Assembly: GCA_016218545.1 (NCBI GenBank)
Contig: JACRDQ010000020.1
Coordinates: 34,455 to 98,454, forward strand
Direction of reading: 5' to 3'
DNA length: 64,000 nucleotides
Source: Elusimicrobiota bacterium
GTDB taxonomy: Bacteria; Elusimicrobiota; Elusimicrobia; UBA1565; UBA9628
Shown: positions 47,885 through 56,454 of the stretch, one piece after another
Position numbering within the stretch: position 1 is the first letter of the stretch
Layout: each line of letters starts with the position of its first letter
Program-made: the position numbers and the translations under genes
The notes under the pieces: model-generated
What the model was told of the DNA's origin: nothing
What the model saw: only the letters and a program-made list of their open reading frames with translations
Databases searched by the model: none

Positions 47885-49165
47885 TCAGCGGGCCGCGGCC
47901 CTGAGGTCCGCGGCAGCTCCGATGAGGTAGAGGGCGGCGGCCGTGTTCTTCTTGACCGCGGGTCCGATGGCCGCGGCCCCGGGGTAGAAGGAGCCTCCCT
48001 CAAGCTCGAAGGTGAACCCGAAGATGCCGCGAGCCGAGTACATCCAGTCGTCGGTGTCTCCGCTCGAGGCGTAGAGCTCGCTCGACTGCTCCGCGACGTA
48101 GCCGGTCAGGGCCGCCATCTTCCCGGCCACGACCTTGAAGACCTTGAGATCCTCCTGGTTCGGGATGGGGTCGTAGGAGTAGCTCCAGGGCCAGAAGATG
48201 AGGCCGCCGTAGGAGTGATAGGACACGCTGGTCTTGATGTTCGCGCGGGACTCGACGAACTTCTTGATGGCCTGGGTCTCGGGCTCGGAGAAGGCCGAGG
48301 GGCCGTGATAGGTGTCGCTGTAAGGCTGGTCCGAGGCGCCGGCCCCGCCCCACTGGTAGCCGTAGTTGCGGTTCAAGTCCACCCCGATCTCCCCGCCCGG
48401 GTTGACCCGCATGTTCTTCCTCTGCCAGCGGTACTGGCTGGTCTCCACGTCGTACTCCACGCCGTCGGGGTTGACCATGGGCATGATGTAGATGTCCCGG
48501 GTCTCGAGCAGGGCCTTGATCTCGGGCTTGGCCCTGTTCTCCGCCAGGTGCACGGCCAGCATGAGCGGGACCTCGGTGCTCAGGTGCTCACGAGCGTGAT
48601 GCGCGCCCATGAAGAGTACGCCGGGCTTGGAGCTCGGCCCGGCGCCCGAGGCCGAGGAGTTGAAGCGCAGGACCCATAGCTCGCGGCCCTGCCAGGCCTT
48701 GCCCGCGGAGAACATGGAGACCAGGCCGGGGTTCTTCGCGGCCAGGCCCTTCATCACGGCCGTCATCTCGGCGTAGTCGTGGAACGCCTCGTCCTTGGCC
48801 GGGAAGCCCTTCTCAGCCAGGTCGCCGAGGGAGACCATCTCGTCGACGGTGAAGCCCTTGGCCTTGATGAGCGCGATGTCTTTGGCGTGCGCGGTGCCGG
48901 AGACCCGGTCGCCCTGGACCTCCTCGATGGACAATCCCATGGAAGCGAGGAGCGTGCGCTGCTCCTTGGTGGAGGCGTGCACCACGATCCAGTAGCGGTG
49001 GTCGTACTCGGGACCGGCCTTCCAACGCTTGGCGGAGCGCTTCCGCACGGGCTCGACCGAGCGCACGGCCTGGCGCACGGTCTCCTCGGAGAAGGAGGGC
49101 TCGGCAGCGGAGGACGAGAGAGGGATGAGAAGGGCGAGACAAAGACCGGTCAACGAGCTTCGCAT
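47885..49165 (-). CDS. Secreted M14 zinc carboxypeptidase.
   Basis: Signal peptide. HAREH zinc motif. NPDG and GVDLNRNY motifs. Confidence 0.85.
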   Translation of the reverse strand: MRSSLTGLCLALLIPLSSSAAEPSFSEETVRQAVRSVEPVRKRSAKRWKAGPEYDHRYWIVVHASTKEQRTLLASMGLSIEEVQGDRVSGTAHAKDIALIKAKGFTVDEMVSLGDLAEKGFPAKDEAFHDYAEMTAVMKGLAAKNPGLVSMFSAGKAWQGRELWVLRFNSSASGAGPSSKPGVLFMGAHHAREHLSTEVPLMLAVHLAENRAKPEIKALLETRDIYIMPMVNPDGVEYDVETSQYRWQRKNMRVNPGGEIGVDLNRNYGYQWGGAGASDQPYSDTYHGPSAFSEPETQAIKKFVESRANIKTSVSYHSYGGLIFWPWSYSYDPIPNQEDLKVFKVVAGKMAALTGYVAEQSSELYASSGDTDDWMYSARGIFGFTFELEGGSFYPGAAAIGPAVKKNTAAALYLIGAAADLRAAAR

Positions 49166-49234
49166 AGGGGACCTCCAGGCACGCCGGATACGTCCCCATT
49201 ATAGCATGGGGAAATTCATATAATCCCTCTCCTG

Positions 49235-50083
49235 ATGCCCGCGATCTTCGACTGCCGCTCAGTGGCGGCCCGGTACATGGACTGGACCGCCGGAGCCCTC
49301 AAGCAGCTCTCATCCACCCCGAAGCTGGCCACCCTGCTCGACGTCTCGCGCGGCGACCCCGGGAACCTGCAGTACCGGGACTACATCGACAAGGACAGCC
49401 GTCGGCTCGGCGTACCCTGCATCCATCGCGAGGTCCGCATGCCGGGCGAGGTGCCCACGGCCCTGGCCAGCCTCAACGAGGACCCCGACGTCACCGGCAT
49501 CATGGTGCTCTATCCCGTGGGCGCGCCCATGCGCGACGAGGAGGTCATGGACCTGGTCTCCCCCGCCAAGGACGTGGAGGGCCTGCACTCCACGAACCTC
49601 GGGTACCTCGTCAAGTACCGCCGCCTCCTCGACCAGGCCCGCGGGGTCAAGTGCGTGGTCCCGGCCACGGCCAAGGCCGTGGTGAAGACCCTCCTGAGCT
49701 ACCCCCAGGTCAAGGTCGAGGGAGCCTTCGCCGTGCTCATCAACAACTCCATGCGCGTGGGCAAGCCCCTGGGCCTCATGCTGGAGAACCTCGGGGCCAC
49801 GGTGGTCAAGTGCTACGACAAGACGCCCCGGTCCCTGATCGAGGACTGCGTGCGGCGCGCGGACATCCTGGTCACGGCCGTCCCTGACCCGGGGTTCAGG
49901 ATCGACCCCGGGTGGATCAAACCCGGCTCAGCCATGGTCGACGTCTCCTTCGAGGGCAACGTGGACTTCGAGGCCCTCAGCCGCGGCCCGGCAGGCATCG
50001 TCACCGCCCCGGACAACCGCATCGGCAGGGTCACGCGCGCCATGACCTTCGTGAACCTCGTCTATTGCGCCCAAGCCCGCTGA
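49235..50083 (+). CDS. folD: Bifunctional methylenetetrahydrofolate dehydrogenase/cyclohydrolase.
   Basis: VPATAKAV, NNSMRVGKPL and ADILVTAV motifs, and overall FolD architecture. Confidence 0.85.
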   Translation: MPAIFDCRSVAARYMDWTAGALKQLSSTPKLATLLDVSRGDPGNLQYRDYIDKDSRRLGVPCIHREVRMPGEVPTALASLNEDPDVTGIMVLYPVGAPMRDEEVMDLVSPAKDVEGLHSTNLGYLVKYRRLLDQARGVKCVVPATAKAVVKTLLSYPQVKVEGAFAVLINNSMRVGKPLGLMLENLGATVVKCYDKTPRSLIEDCVRRADILVTAVPDPGFRIDPGWIKPGSAMVDVSFEGNVDFEALSRGPAGIVTAPDNRIGRVTRAMTFVNLVYCAQAR

Positions 50084-50140
50084 CCCTGCCGGAATGCAAC
50101 ACGGCTGGTGTCTGACACCAGTTGTTGCATTCCGGCAGGG
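50084..50140. repeat. 57-bp imperfect palindrome, copy 2 of the family. Lies between the convergent folD and HExxH genes and may act as a bidirectional terminator.
   Basis: CCCTGCCGGAATGCAACACGGCTGGTGTC-T-GACACCAGTTGTTGCATTCCGGCAGGG. Shares GAATGCAACA...CTGGTGTC.GACACCAG...TGTTGCATT with copy 1. Confidence 0.55.
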
Positions 50141-50848
50141 TCAACGGGCGGACATGAAGTCGGTGAGGGCCTTCTCGCCCGCCGGGGTGATGAAGAACAG
50201 GTAGGAGCGCACCGCGAAGCCCTGCGGGTCCATGTCGTGCAAGAGGAGCTGGATCTGGTCCGCGGACTCGAAGGCGGTCCTGCCCTCGGCCTTGAAGCGC
50301 CGGACGAGCTCCTTTCGCTGCGGCTCGGCCATGGTGGCCAATTGGAGGGCGTAGGAGATGAACTCCCCCTGCTCGCGCGGGATGAGCTTGGGCGCGGCGG
50401 CGTAGGCGCGAATGGAGATGTGATGCCCTGCCTCGTGCGCGATGTAGGAGGTCCAGAGCTCGCGGCTCGGAGCCACTCCAAGAGGGGTCGCATCCGGCGG
50501 CGTTTTGGCGAAGACCCGGAAGGTCTTGATGTAGACCTCGTCCGTGTCCGTGTCATAGAAGCCGTGCACGTTGTCGATGATGGGGCTGATCTTCCGGTAG
50601 CTCTCCGGGAAGCGGTCCAACACGTGGATGGTGAGCCGCGCCTTCATCGGGTAGCCGCGCTCGGCCATGAAGCGCTCGGCTCTGGAGAAGCCCTCGCAGG
50701 CCGCGGGCAAGCTCGAGGCCTCGTCTGAGACCACCGTGACCCAGGAGGAGCCGCAGTCGCTGCGGACCCCGGCCGGTTGGGAGGAAGCGGCGCGGGCGGA
50801 CGCCGGCAGGAGCAGGAGAAGAGCCAGCCCGAAAGCCGCGTTCCTCAT
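50141..50848 (-). CDS. Secreted protein with HEAGHH (HExxH) motif, a putative zinc-dependent hydrolase.
   Basis: Signal peptide, single HExxH motif, no other recognisable domain. Confidence 0.45.
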   Translation of the reverse strand: MRNAAFGLALLLLLPASARAASSQPAGVRSDCGSSWVTVVSDEASSLPAACEGFSRAERFMAERGYPMKARLTIHVLDRFPESYRKISPIIDNVHGFYDTDTDEVYIKTFRVFAKTPPDATPLGVAPSRELWTSYIAHEAGHHISIRAYAAAPKLIPREQGEFISYALQLATMAEPQRKELVRRFKAEGRTAFESADQIQLLLHDMDPQGFAVRSYLFFITPAGEKALTDFMSAR

Positions 50849-50912
50849 GCCCCTATGATAATGGGAACGGCGGAGTCGGGCCAGGGCCGAAGAGTGCCCC
50901 TCCGGGTGGGTC

Positions 50913-51545
50913 CTAAGGACCCTGGTATTTCAAGCGGTAAGCGGCCCTGGCGCCCGGCGGCACCGCGTCGATGGGCTCGAATGCGAAGCCCTTGCGCTTG
51001 CCGATGACGGTTCGGACCGAGTCCGTCACGAGGATCTCCCAGGCCTTGGCCGTGTCTTCCCCGAGCTTGCTGGCGGCGTTGACCTCTGAGCCGAACACGT
51101 CGTGGTCTCCGATCCGCAGCATCCGGCCGAACCCGATGCCGACGCACAAGAGGATGTGCTCCTCCGCCTGACGGCTCTCGTTGTAGCCCTTGGCCGCGGC
51201 CTGCATGGCGGTCGCGCACTCGAGGGCGCGGGCGGGGCTCCTGAAGATCACCATCATGCTGTCCCCCTCCGTCTTGAGGAGGATGCCGTCATAGTCGTCG
51301 ATGCAGGGCACGAAGATGCGGGAGGACTCGGAGATGATCTGGAGGAAGTGGATGATGCCGAACTCCGAGACCTTGCGCGAGAAGCCCGAGAGGTCCGTGT
51401 ACATGACCGCCCACTCCTCGCCGAAGAGGTCCCAGATCCGCCGGTCGATGGCCGTCTTGTCCGCGCCCGGCGAGAGACGCTCCGCGATGAGCTTCTCCAG
51501 GCGGTCCTGCGACGCGCCGGTCCCGATCTTGGTGATGAGCGACAT
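50913..51545 (-). CDS. Stand-alone class III nucleotidyl cyclase catalytic domain.
   Basis: Complete cyclase core with AVMYTDLSGFS (first metal Asp), KTEGDSMMVIF (second Asp) and GSEVNAASKL motifs, and no other domain. 210 aa. Confidence 0.7.
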   Translation of the reverse strand: MSLITKIGTGASQDRLEKLIAERLSPGADKTAIDRRIWDLFGEEWAVMYTDLSGFSRKVSEFGIIHFLQIISESSRIFVPCIDDYDGILLKTEGDSMMVIFRSPARALECATAMQAAAKGYNESRQAEEHILLCVGIGFGRMLRIGDHDVFGSEVNAASKLGEDTAKAWEILVTDSVRTVIGKRKGFAFEPIDAVPPGARAAYRLKYQGP

Positions 51546-51636
51546 GATCCCTCCCTAGCGCCTGGCGGCCGCCGCCAGGAGCGGCCAGGCGGACAAGCAC
51601 AGGTCGGAGTATAGACGCTTGCGAGGGGGATGTCAA

Positions 51637-52110
51637 TCAACGCCCGGGGTAGCGGACGGCCTTGACGATCGACGCGCCCCAGTCTTCGACCTCGACGCGG
51701 TCTCCGGGCCTCTTGCCCAGGAGCGCCAGGGCGAGGGACGAATCCCAGGCGAGCTTCCCCCCGCCCTCCTCAGCCTCGTCCTGGCCCACGATGGAGACGG
51801 TCCGGACCGAGCCGTCCGCTCCCTGCAGGTCCACCGCGGCGCCGAAGCGCGCCTCGTCCGTGGGCACGGCCTTGGGATCCACCGGGACCGCGCTCCCGAG
51901 CCTGCCCTCGTAGTAGCGCAGGTCGCGCTTGAGCTCGCGCGCCCTGCGGCTCTCGCGGTCCGCGGCATCGAGCTCCGAGCGCAGGGCTTCGGCCTTCCTC
52001 ATGAGAGCGGCGAGCCCCTCTTGCGTCACGTAATTGGGCGCGGTGCTCTGGTGGCGCTCAGGCAGGTCGTCCGGATCGCCCGCGTCCTCCTTGATGAAGG
52101 CCCTGCTCAC
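51637..52110 (-). CDS. GreA/GreB-family (Rnk-like) transcription elongation factor homologue.
   Basis: C-terminal FKBP-like Gre domain (ALALLGKRPGDRVEV) and N-terminal coiled coil. Confidence 0.65.
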   Translation of the reverse strand: MSRAFIKEDAGDPDDLPERHQSTAPNYVTQEGLAALMRKAEALRSELDAADRESRRARELKRDLRYYEGRLGSAVPVDPKAVPTDEARFGAAVDLQGADGSVRTVSIVGQDEAEEGGGKLAWDSSLALALLGKRPGDRVEVEDWGASIVKAVRYPGR

Positions 52111-52189
52111 GTGATGATTGTATCATGGAAACCGAGCGGGGCCGCCTTTCGGCGGCCCCGCGCTTTGCTCGGTCCTTCCGGACCTCGCC

Positions 52190-54979
52190 CTACTTCTTCT
52201 TTTCCTTGGCCGAGGCCTGGGCCGCGGCGTGGATGGCGATGGGCACCCGGAAGGGCGAGCAGGACACGTAGTTCAAGCCCGTGCGGTGGCAGAACTCCAC
52301 CGACGCGGGCTCGCCGCCGTGCTCGCCGCAGATGCCGATCTTGAGGTCCTTGCGGGTCTTGCGGCCGCGCTCGACCGAGATCCGGACCAGCTCGCCGACC
52401 GCTTCCTGGTCGATGGTCTGGAACGGGTCGGCCGCGAGGATCTTCTTATCCAGGTACGGGTTGAGGAACCCGCCCATGTCGTCGCGGGAGAACCCGAAGG
52501 TCATCTGGGTCAGGTCGTTGGTGCCGAAGGAGAAGAACTGCGCGTACTGCGCGATCTTCCCGGACACCAGGGCGGCCCTCGGGATCTCGATCATCGTGCC
52601 CACGAGGTGGGGGATGTTCTTGACGCCCTTGCTCTTGAGAACCTCCTTGTAGACCTTCTCCACGAGCGCGTACTGGTCGGTCAGCTCCGCCTCGTTGCAC
52701 ACGACCGGGATCATGATCTCGGGGAAGGCCTTGACGCCCTCCTTCTGGAGCTCGGCCGCGGCCTCGAGGATGGCGCGGACCTGCATCTCCGTGATCTCGG
52801 GGTAGGTGACGCCGAGGCGCACCCCGCGGTGGCCCATCATGGGGTTGCTCTCGCGCAGGCCCTGGGCCCGCTTCTCGAGCTCCTCCATGCTGATGCCGAG
52901 GCTCTTGCCCAGCTCGCGCAGGCCCGCCTCCTGGTGCGGGACGAACTCGTGCAGGGGCGGGTCGAGGGTCCGGATGGTGACCGGCAGGTCGTGCATGGCC
53001 TTCATGGTGGCCTTGACGTCGGCCTTGACGAAGGGGAAGAGCTCCTCGAGCACCTTCCTGCGCTCGACCTCGGTCTTGGACATGATCATCTTGCGCAGGA
53101 TGAAGAGCGGCTTCTCCGAGCCCTTGCCGTAGAACATGTGCTCGGTGCGGAAAAGACCGATGCCCTCGGCGCCGAAGCGCCGGGCCCGGCCCGCGTCCTC
53201 GGGGGTGTCCGCGTTGGCGCGCACGCCCAGGCGCCGCACCGCGTTGCAGACCTTGGTGAAGTCCTCGAGGTCCTTGTTGCTCTCGCCGGCCTCCTTCATG
53301 GGCATCTCGCCCTGGTAGACGGTGCCCTTGGAGCCGTTGAGGGTGACCCAGTCGCCCTCGCGGAGGATGACGCCGTCGACCTCGACGGTCTTGTTGTGGA
53401 GCGAGATCTCGAGAGCCCCGCAGCCGACCACGCAGCACTTGCCCCAGCCGCGGGCCACGAGGGCCGCGTGCGAGGTCATGCCGCCGCGGGCCGTGAGGAT
53501 GGCCTGCGCCGCGCGCATGCCCTCCACGTCCTCGGGGTTGGTCTCCTCGCGCACGAGGATGACCTTCTTGCCCGAGGTGTTCCACGCGACGGCGTCCGCG
53601 GCCGTGAAGACGACCATGCCCTTGGCTCCGCCGGGTCCCGCGGGCAGGCCCTTGGCGATGGGCTTGGTCACGGCCTCGGCCTTGGGGTCCACGATGGGGT
53701 GGAGCAGCTCGTCGAGCTGGTCCGGGGTCACGCGCAGGACCGCCTCGTCCTTCGTGATGACCTTCTCCTTGAGCATGTCGAGCGCGATCCTGACCGCGGC
53801 CGGGCCGTTCCTCTTGCCCACGCGGCACTGGAGCATGTAGAGCCTGCCGTGCTCGATCGTGAACTCGATGTCGAGCATGTCGCGATAGTGCTCCTCGAGC
53901 CGGTTGCGGATGTCGTAGAGCTCCTTGTAGACCTTGGGCATGGCCTGCTCGAGGCTCCGGGCGTCCTTGGACTGCTCGCTGCGGCTCTGCTCGTTGATGG
54001 GCGACGGGGTGCGGATGCCGGCCACCACGTCCTCTCCCTGGGCGTTGATGAGGAACTCGCCGTAGAAGATGTTCTCGCCGGTCCCGGGGTCGCGGGTGAA
54101 GCCCACGCCCGTCGCCGAGTCGTCGCCGAGGTTGCCGAAGACCATGGACTGGACGTTGACCGCGGTGCCCCACTCCTCGGGGATCTTCTCGATCCTCCGA
54201 TAGGAGACGGCCCGCCTGCCCATCCAGGAGGCGAAGACCGCTCCGATGGAGCCCCACAACTGGGCCATGGGGTCGTCCGGGAAGGGCTTGTTGAAGACGG
54301 CCTGGACGCGCTTCTTGAACTCGGCGCAGAGGACCTTGAGGTCGCCCACGGTGAGCTCCGTGTCGGTCTTGTAGCCCTTGCGGCGCTTCATGTCGTCCAT
54401 GATGCGCTCGAGCTGCTTGCGGATGCCCTGGTCGTCGGCGGGCTCGATGTTCTCCGCCTTCTCCATGACGACGTCGGAGTACATCATGATGAGCCGGCGG
54501 TAGGCGTCGTAGACGAAGCGCTCATCGCCGGTCTGGCGGGCGAGGCCCGGGATGGTCTCCGGAGTCAGGCCCACGTTGAGGATGGTCTCCATCATGCCAG
54601 GCATGGACTTGCGGGCGCCGGAGCGCACGGACACGAGCAGGGGGTTCTGCGTGTCGCCGAACTTCTTGCCCGTGAGCTTCTCGACGTGCGCGAGGTTCGC
54701 GGCCACGCCTTCCTTGAGGCCCTTGGGGTAGGTCCGCTTGTTGGCCCAGTAATAGGTGCAGACCTCGGTGGTGATGGTGAAACCCGGGGGCACGGGCAGG
54801 CGCAGGCTCGGGTGGCCCGCCATCTCGGCGAGATTGGCGCCCTTGCCGCCGAGGAGGTTCTTCATGGATTCGTCGCCGTCGGCGCGTCCTCCGCCGAAGA
54901 AATAGAGCGTCTTGCCCGATTTCTTGACCTTTGTCGAGCTCGGGCCGCTCGACTTCTTGTTCAACAGCGCTGATGGCAT
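52190..54979 (-). CDS. ppdK: Pyruvate phosphate dikinase.
   Basis: Full-length PPDK with LLGGKGANLAEM, catalytic His region GGMTSHAALVARG and PEP-utilising C-terminal domain. AAGGAGG RBS precedes the ATG at 54979. Confidence 0.95.
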   Translation of the reverse strand: MPSALLNKKSSGPSSTKVKKSGKTLYFFGGGRADGDESMKNLLGGKGANLAEMAGHPSLRLPVPPGFTITTEVCTYYWANKRTYPKGLKEGVAANLAHVEKLTGKKFGDTQNPLLVSVRSGARKSMPGMMETILNVGLTPETIPGLARQTGDERFVYDAYRRLIMMYSDVVMEKAENIEPADDQGIRKQLERIMDDMKRRKGYKTDTELTVGDLKVLCAEFKKRVQAVFNKPFPDDPMAQLWGSIGAVFASWMGRRAVSYRRIEKIPEEWGTAVNVQSMVFGNLGDDSATGVGFTRDPGTGENIFYGEFLINAQGEDVVAGIRTPSPINEQSRSEQSKDARSLEQAMPKVYKELYDIRNRLEEHYRDMLDIEFTIEHGRLYMLQCRVGKRNGPAAVRIALDMLKEKVITKDEAVLRVTPDQLDELLHPIVDPKAEAVTKPIAKGLPAGPGGAKGMVVFTAADAVAWNTSGKKVILVREETNPEDVEGMRAAQAILTARGGMTSHAALVARGWGKCCVVGCGALEISLHNKTVEVDGVILREGDWVTLNGSKGTVYQGEMPMKEAGESNKDLEDFTKVCNAVRRLGVRANADTPEDAGRARRFGAEGIGLFRTEHMFYGKGSEKPLFILRKMIMSKTEVERRKVLEELFPFVKADVKATMKAMHDLPVTIRTLDPPLHEFVPHQEAGLRELGKSLGISMEELEKRAQGLRESNPMMGHRGVRLGVTYPEITEMQVRAILEAAAELQKEGVKAFPEIMIPVVCNEAELTDQYALVEKVYKEVLKSKGVKNIPHLVGTMIEIPRAALVSGKIAQYAQFFSFGTNDLTQMTFGFSRDDMGGFLNPYLDKKILAADPFQTIDQEAVGELVRISVERGRKTRKDLKIGICGEHGGEPASVEFCHRTGLNYVSCSPFRVPIAIHAAAQASAKEKKK

Positions 54980-55008
54980 GGTTCGCCTCCTTAAGATTGG
55001 CACCACAC

Positions 55009-55065
55009 ACTGGTGTCAGACGTCAAGACGAGACGGCACCTCAGGGTCCGACGTCAGACACCAGT
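55009..55065. repeat. Inverted repeat ACTGGTGTCAGACGTC...GACGTCAGACACCAGT sharing the CTGGTGTCAGAC core of the family. Lies upstream of ppdK.
   Basis: 16-bp arms with one mismatch and a 25-bp spacer. Located between the hemC-like stop and the ppdK start. Confidence 0.45.
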
Positions 55066-55101
55066 ATATGAATATAGGCGGGGGCTTTCAAGGACCCGGA
55101 C

Positions 55102-55995
55102 TCAGCCGTCGCGGCCGATGGATTCCGCGAGCTCGCGGATGAAGCCCTCCCGCTCGGCGGGGCCGGCGCAGAAGCGCCGCAGGCGCAGGGGCCTGGAGCC
55201 GTCCGGCCGGGCGTGGAACACGGACATGCCGATGCCGTCCTCCCCGGACCTGGCCAAGGCGCCCAAGACCCAGGCATGGTCAGGGCCCAGGGCCCTGAGC
55301 AGGGCCCGCTCGAACTCGACCTCCAGCCGGCACAGGGGGTCGTCAAAGGCCCGGAGCATCTCCCGGACGTCCTTGCGGTCGAGCCGGGACACCAGGGCCA
55401 GGGCGCCCTGCCCCGGGCCGGGCACCACGTCCTCCACCGGGATGAACTCAGCCCGCTGGGGAGGAAGGCCCAGTCCGGCCCAATCGGCTCCGGCCAGGAC
55501 CAGGGCGTCGCAGAAGCCGCCTTCGAGCCGCCCGAGCCGGGAGGTCACTGCCCCCCGCAGGGGCACGGGCTCGACCCCGGGCCGCGCCCGCTTGATCTGG
55601 AGATGACGGCGCAAGGTGGACACCGCGACCTTGCCCGCGCCGAAACCCGCCCAGGGGATCCCGCTGCGCGCCACGAAGATGTCCCGCGGGTCCTCACGCT
55701 TGCAGTAGGCGGCGATGCAGAGCCCCTCGGCCAGGACGGCCGGCAGATCCTGCGCCCGGTGGATAGCGAAGTCGATGGTCCCGTTGAGGAGGGCGGCGTC
55801 GACCTCGCGGGTGAGCAGGTCGTCCGGGCCCGAGGCCAGGCCTTCCGGGGACTCAGCGGCCTGGCGCTCCCCGGTGGTCACGATGGGCGCGATCTCCACG
55901 TTGAGGTCCTCGTAGCGGATCTGCAGCGACTGGATGACCTGCCGCACCCACGGCAGGAGGGCTTCCACGCTGCTCGACCCCACCCAGAGCTTCAT
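55102..55995 (-). CDS. hemC: Hydroxymethylbilane synthase (HemC)-like protein, divergent.
   Basis: KREDPRDIFV, STLRR, LRGAVTSRLGRL and GQGALAL match HemC. N-terminal Arg and the K-D pair are substituted (WVGSSS, HRAQDLP). Confidence 0.6.
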   Translation of the reverse strand: MKLWVGSSSVEALLPWVRQVIQSLQIRYEDLNVEIAPIVTTGERQAAESPEGLASGPDDLLTREVDAALLNGTIDFAIHRAQDLPAVLAEGLCIAAYCKREDPRDIFVARSGIPWAGFGAGKVAVSTLRRHLQIKRARPGVEPVPLRGAVTSRLGRLEGGFCDALVLAGADWAGLGLPPQRAEFIPVEDVVPGPGQGALALVSRLDRKDVREMLRAFDDPLCRLEVEFERALLRALGPDHAWVLGALARSGEDGIGMSVFHARPDGSRPLRLRRFCAGPAEREGFIRELAESIGRDG

Positions 55996-56153
55996 CCTAG
56001 TATTGATTCTAGCGGGAAACGCAGGAGCCCGGTATCCGTATTCTCCGCACGACTGACTCGAAAAAGACCCGAATCCCCGACGCGAGCTGAAAGCTGATCC
56101 GGACCATGACCGCCGTCATGGCGGCTGTCCCTTTCCGGGTCTATACTCTTCCC

Positions 56154-56414
56154 ATGCGGCCGAAGTTCCCCGAGTTCACCGCGTTCGTCGTGCCCCCGGG
56201 GGAGCAGTTCATCCACTACGACGCCTGCGTGAGCGCCCGCAACCCGGACGCCAAGCTCTCCCTCCACGTCCGGGCCTGGGTCTCGGGCGAGGAGCCTCCG
56301 CGGGAGCCCGCCGAGGCGGAGCGGGTCGTCCCGGACGGCGAGTCCCTCTCGCACCCCATCACCCTGCAGAACCGCTCGGGCCGCAGCCTCGTGTTCCGCT
56401 GGACCCTGCTGTAG
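56154..56414 (+). CDS. Small hypothetical protein.
   Basis: Short ORF upstream of the radical-SAM gene. Weak. Confidence 0.2.
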   Translation: MRPKFPEFTAFVVPPGEQFIHYDACVSARNPDAKLSLHVRAWVSGEEPPREPAEAERVVPDGESLSHPITLQNRSGRSLVFRWTLL

Positions 56415-56454
56415 GCTCTCCGGCCCCGCGTCCAAACTGGTATAATCTCCTCCC

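Noticed and set aside
49166-49234. GGGGAC...GTCCCC inverted repeat between the carboxypeptidase and folD
   Set aside because: Short 6-bp stem with a 19-nt loop. Likely incidental, or a weak promoter-region hairpin. Not distinctive.
52118-54973. 951-aa plus-strand ORF and 603-aa minus-frame ORF at 52446-54257
   Set aside because: Both overlap ppdK in other frames or strands. ppdK is unambiguous.
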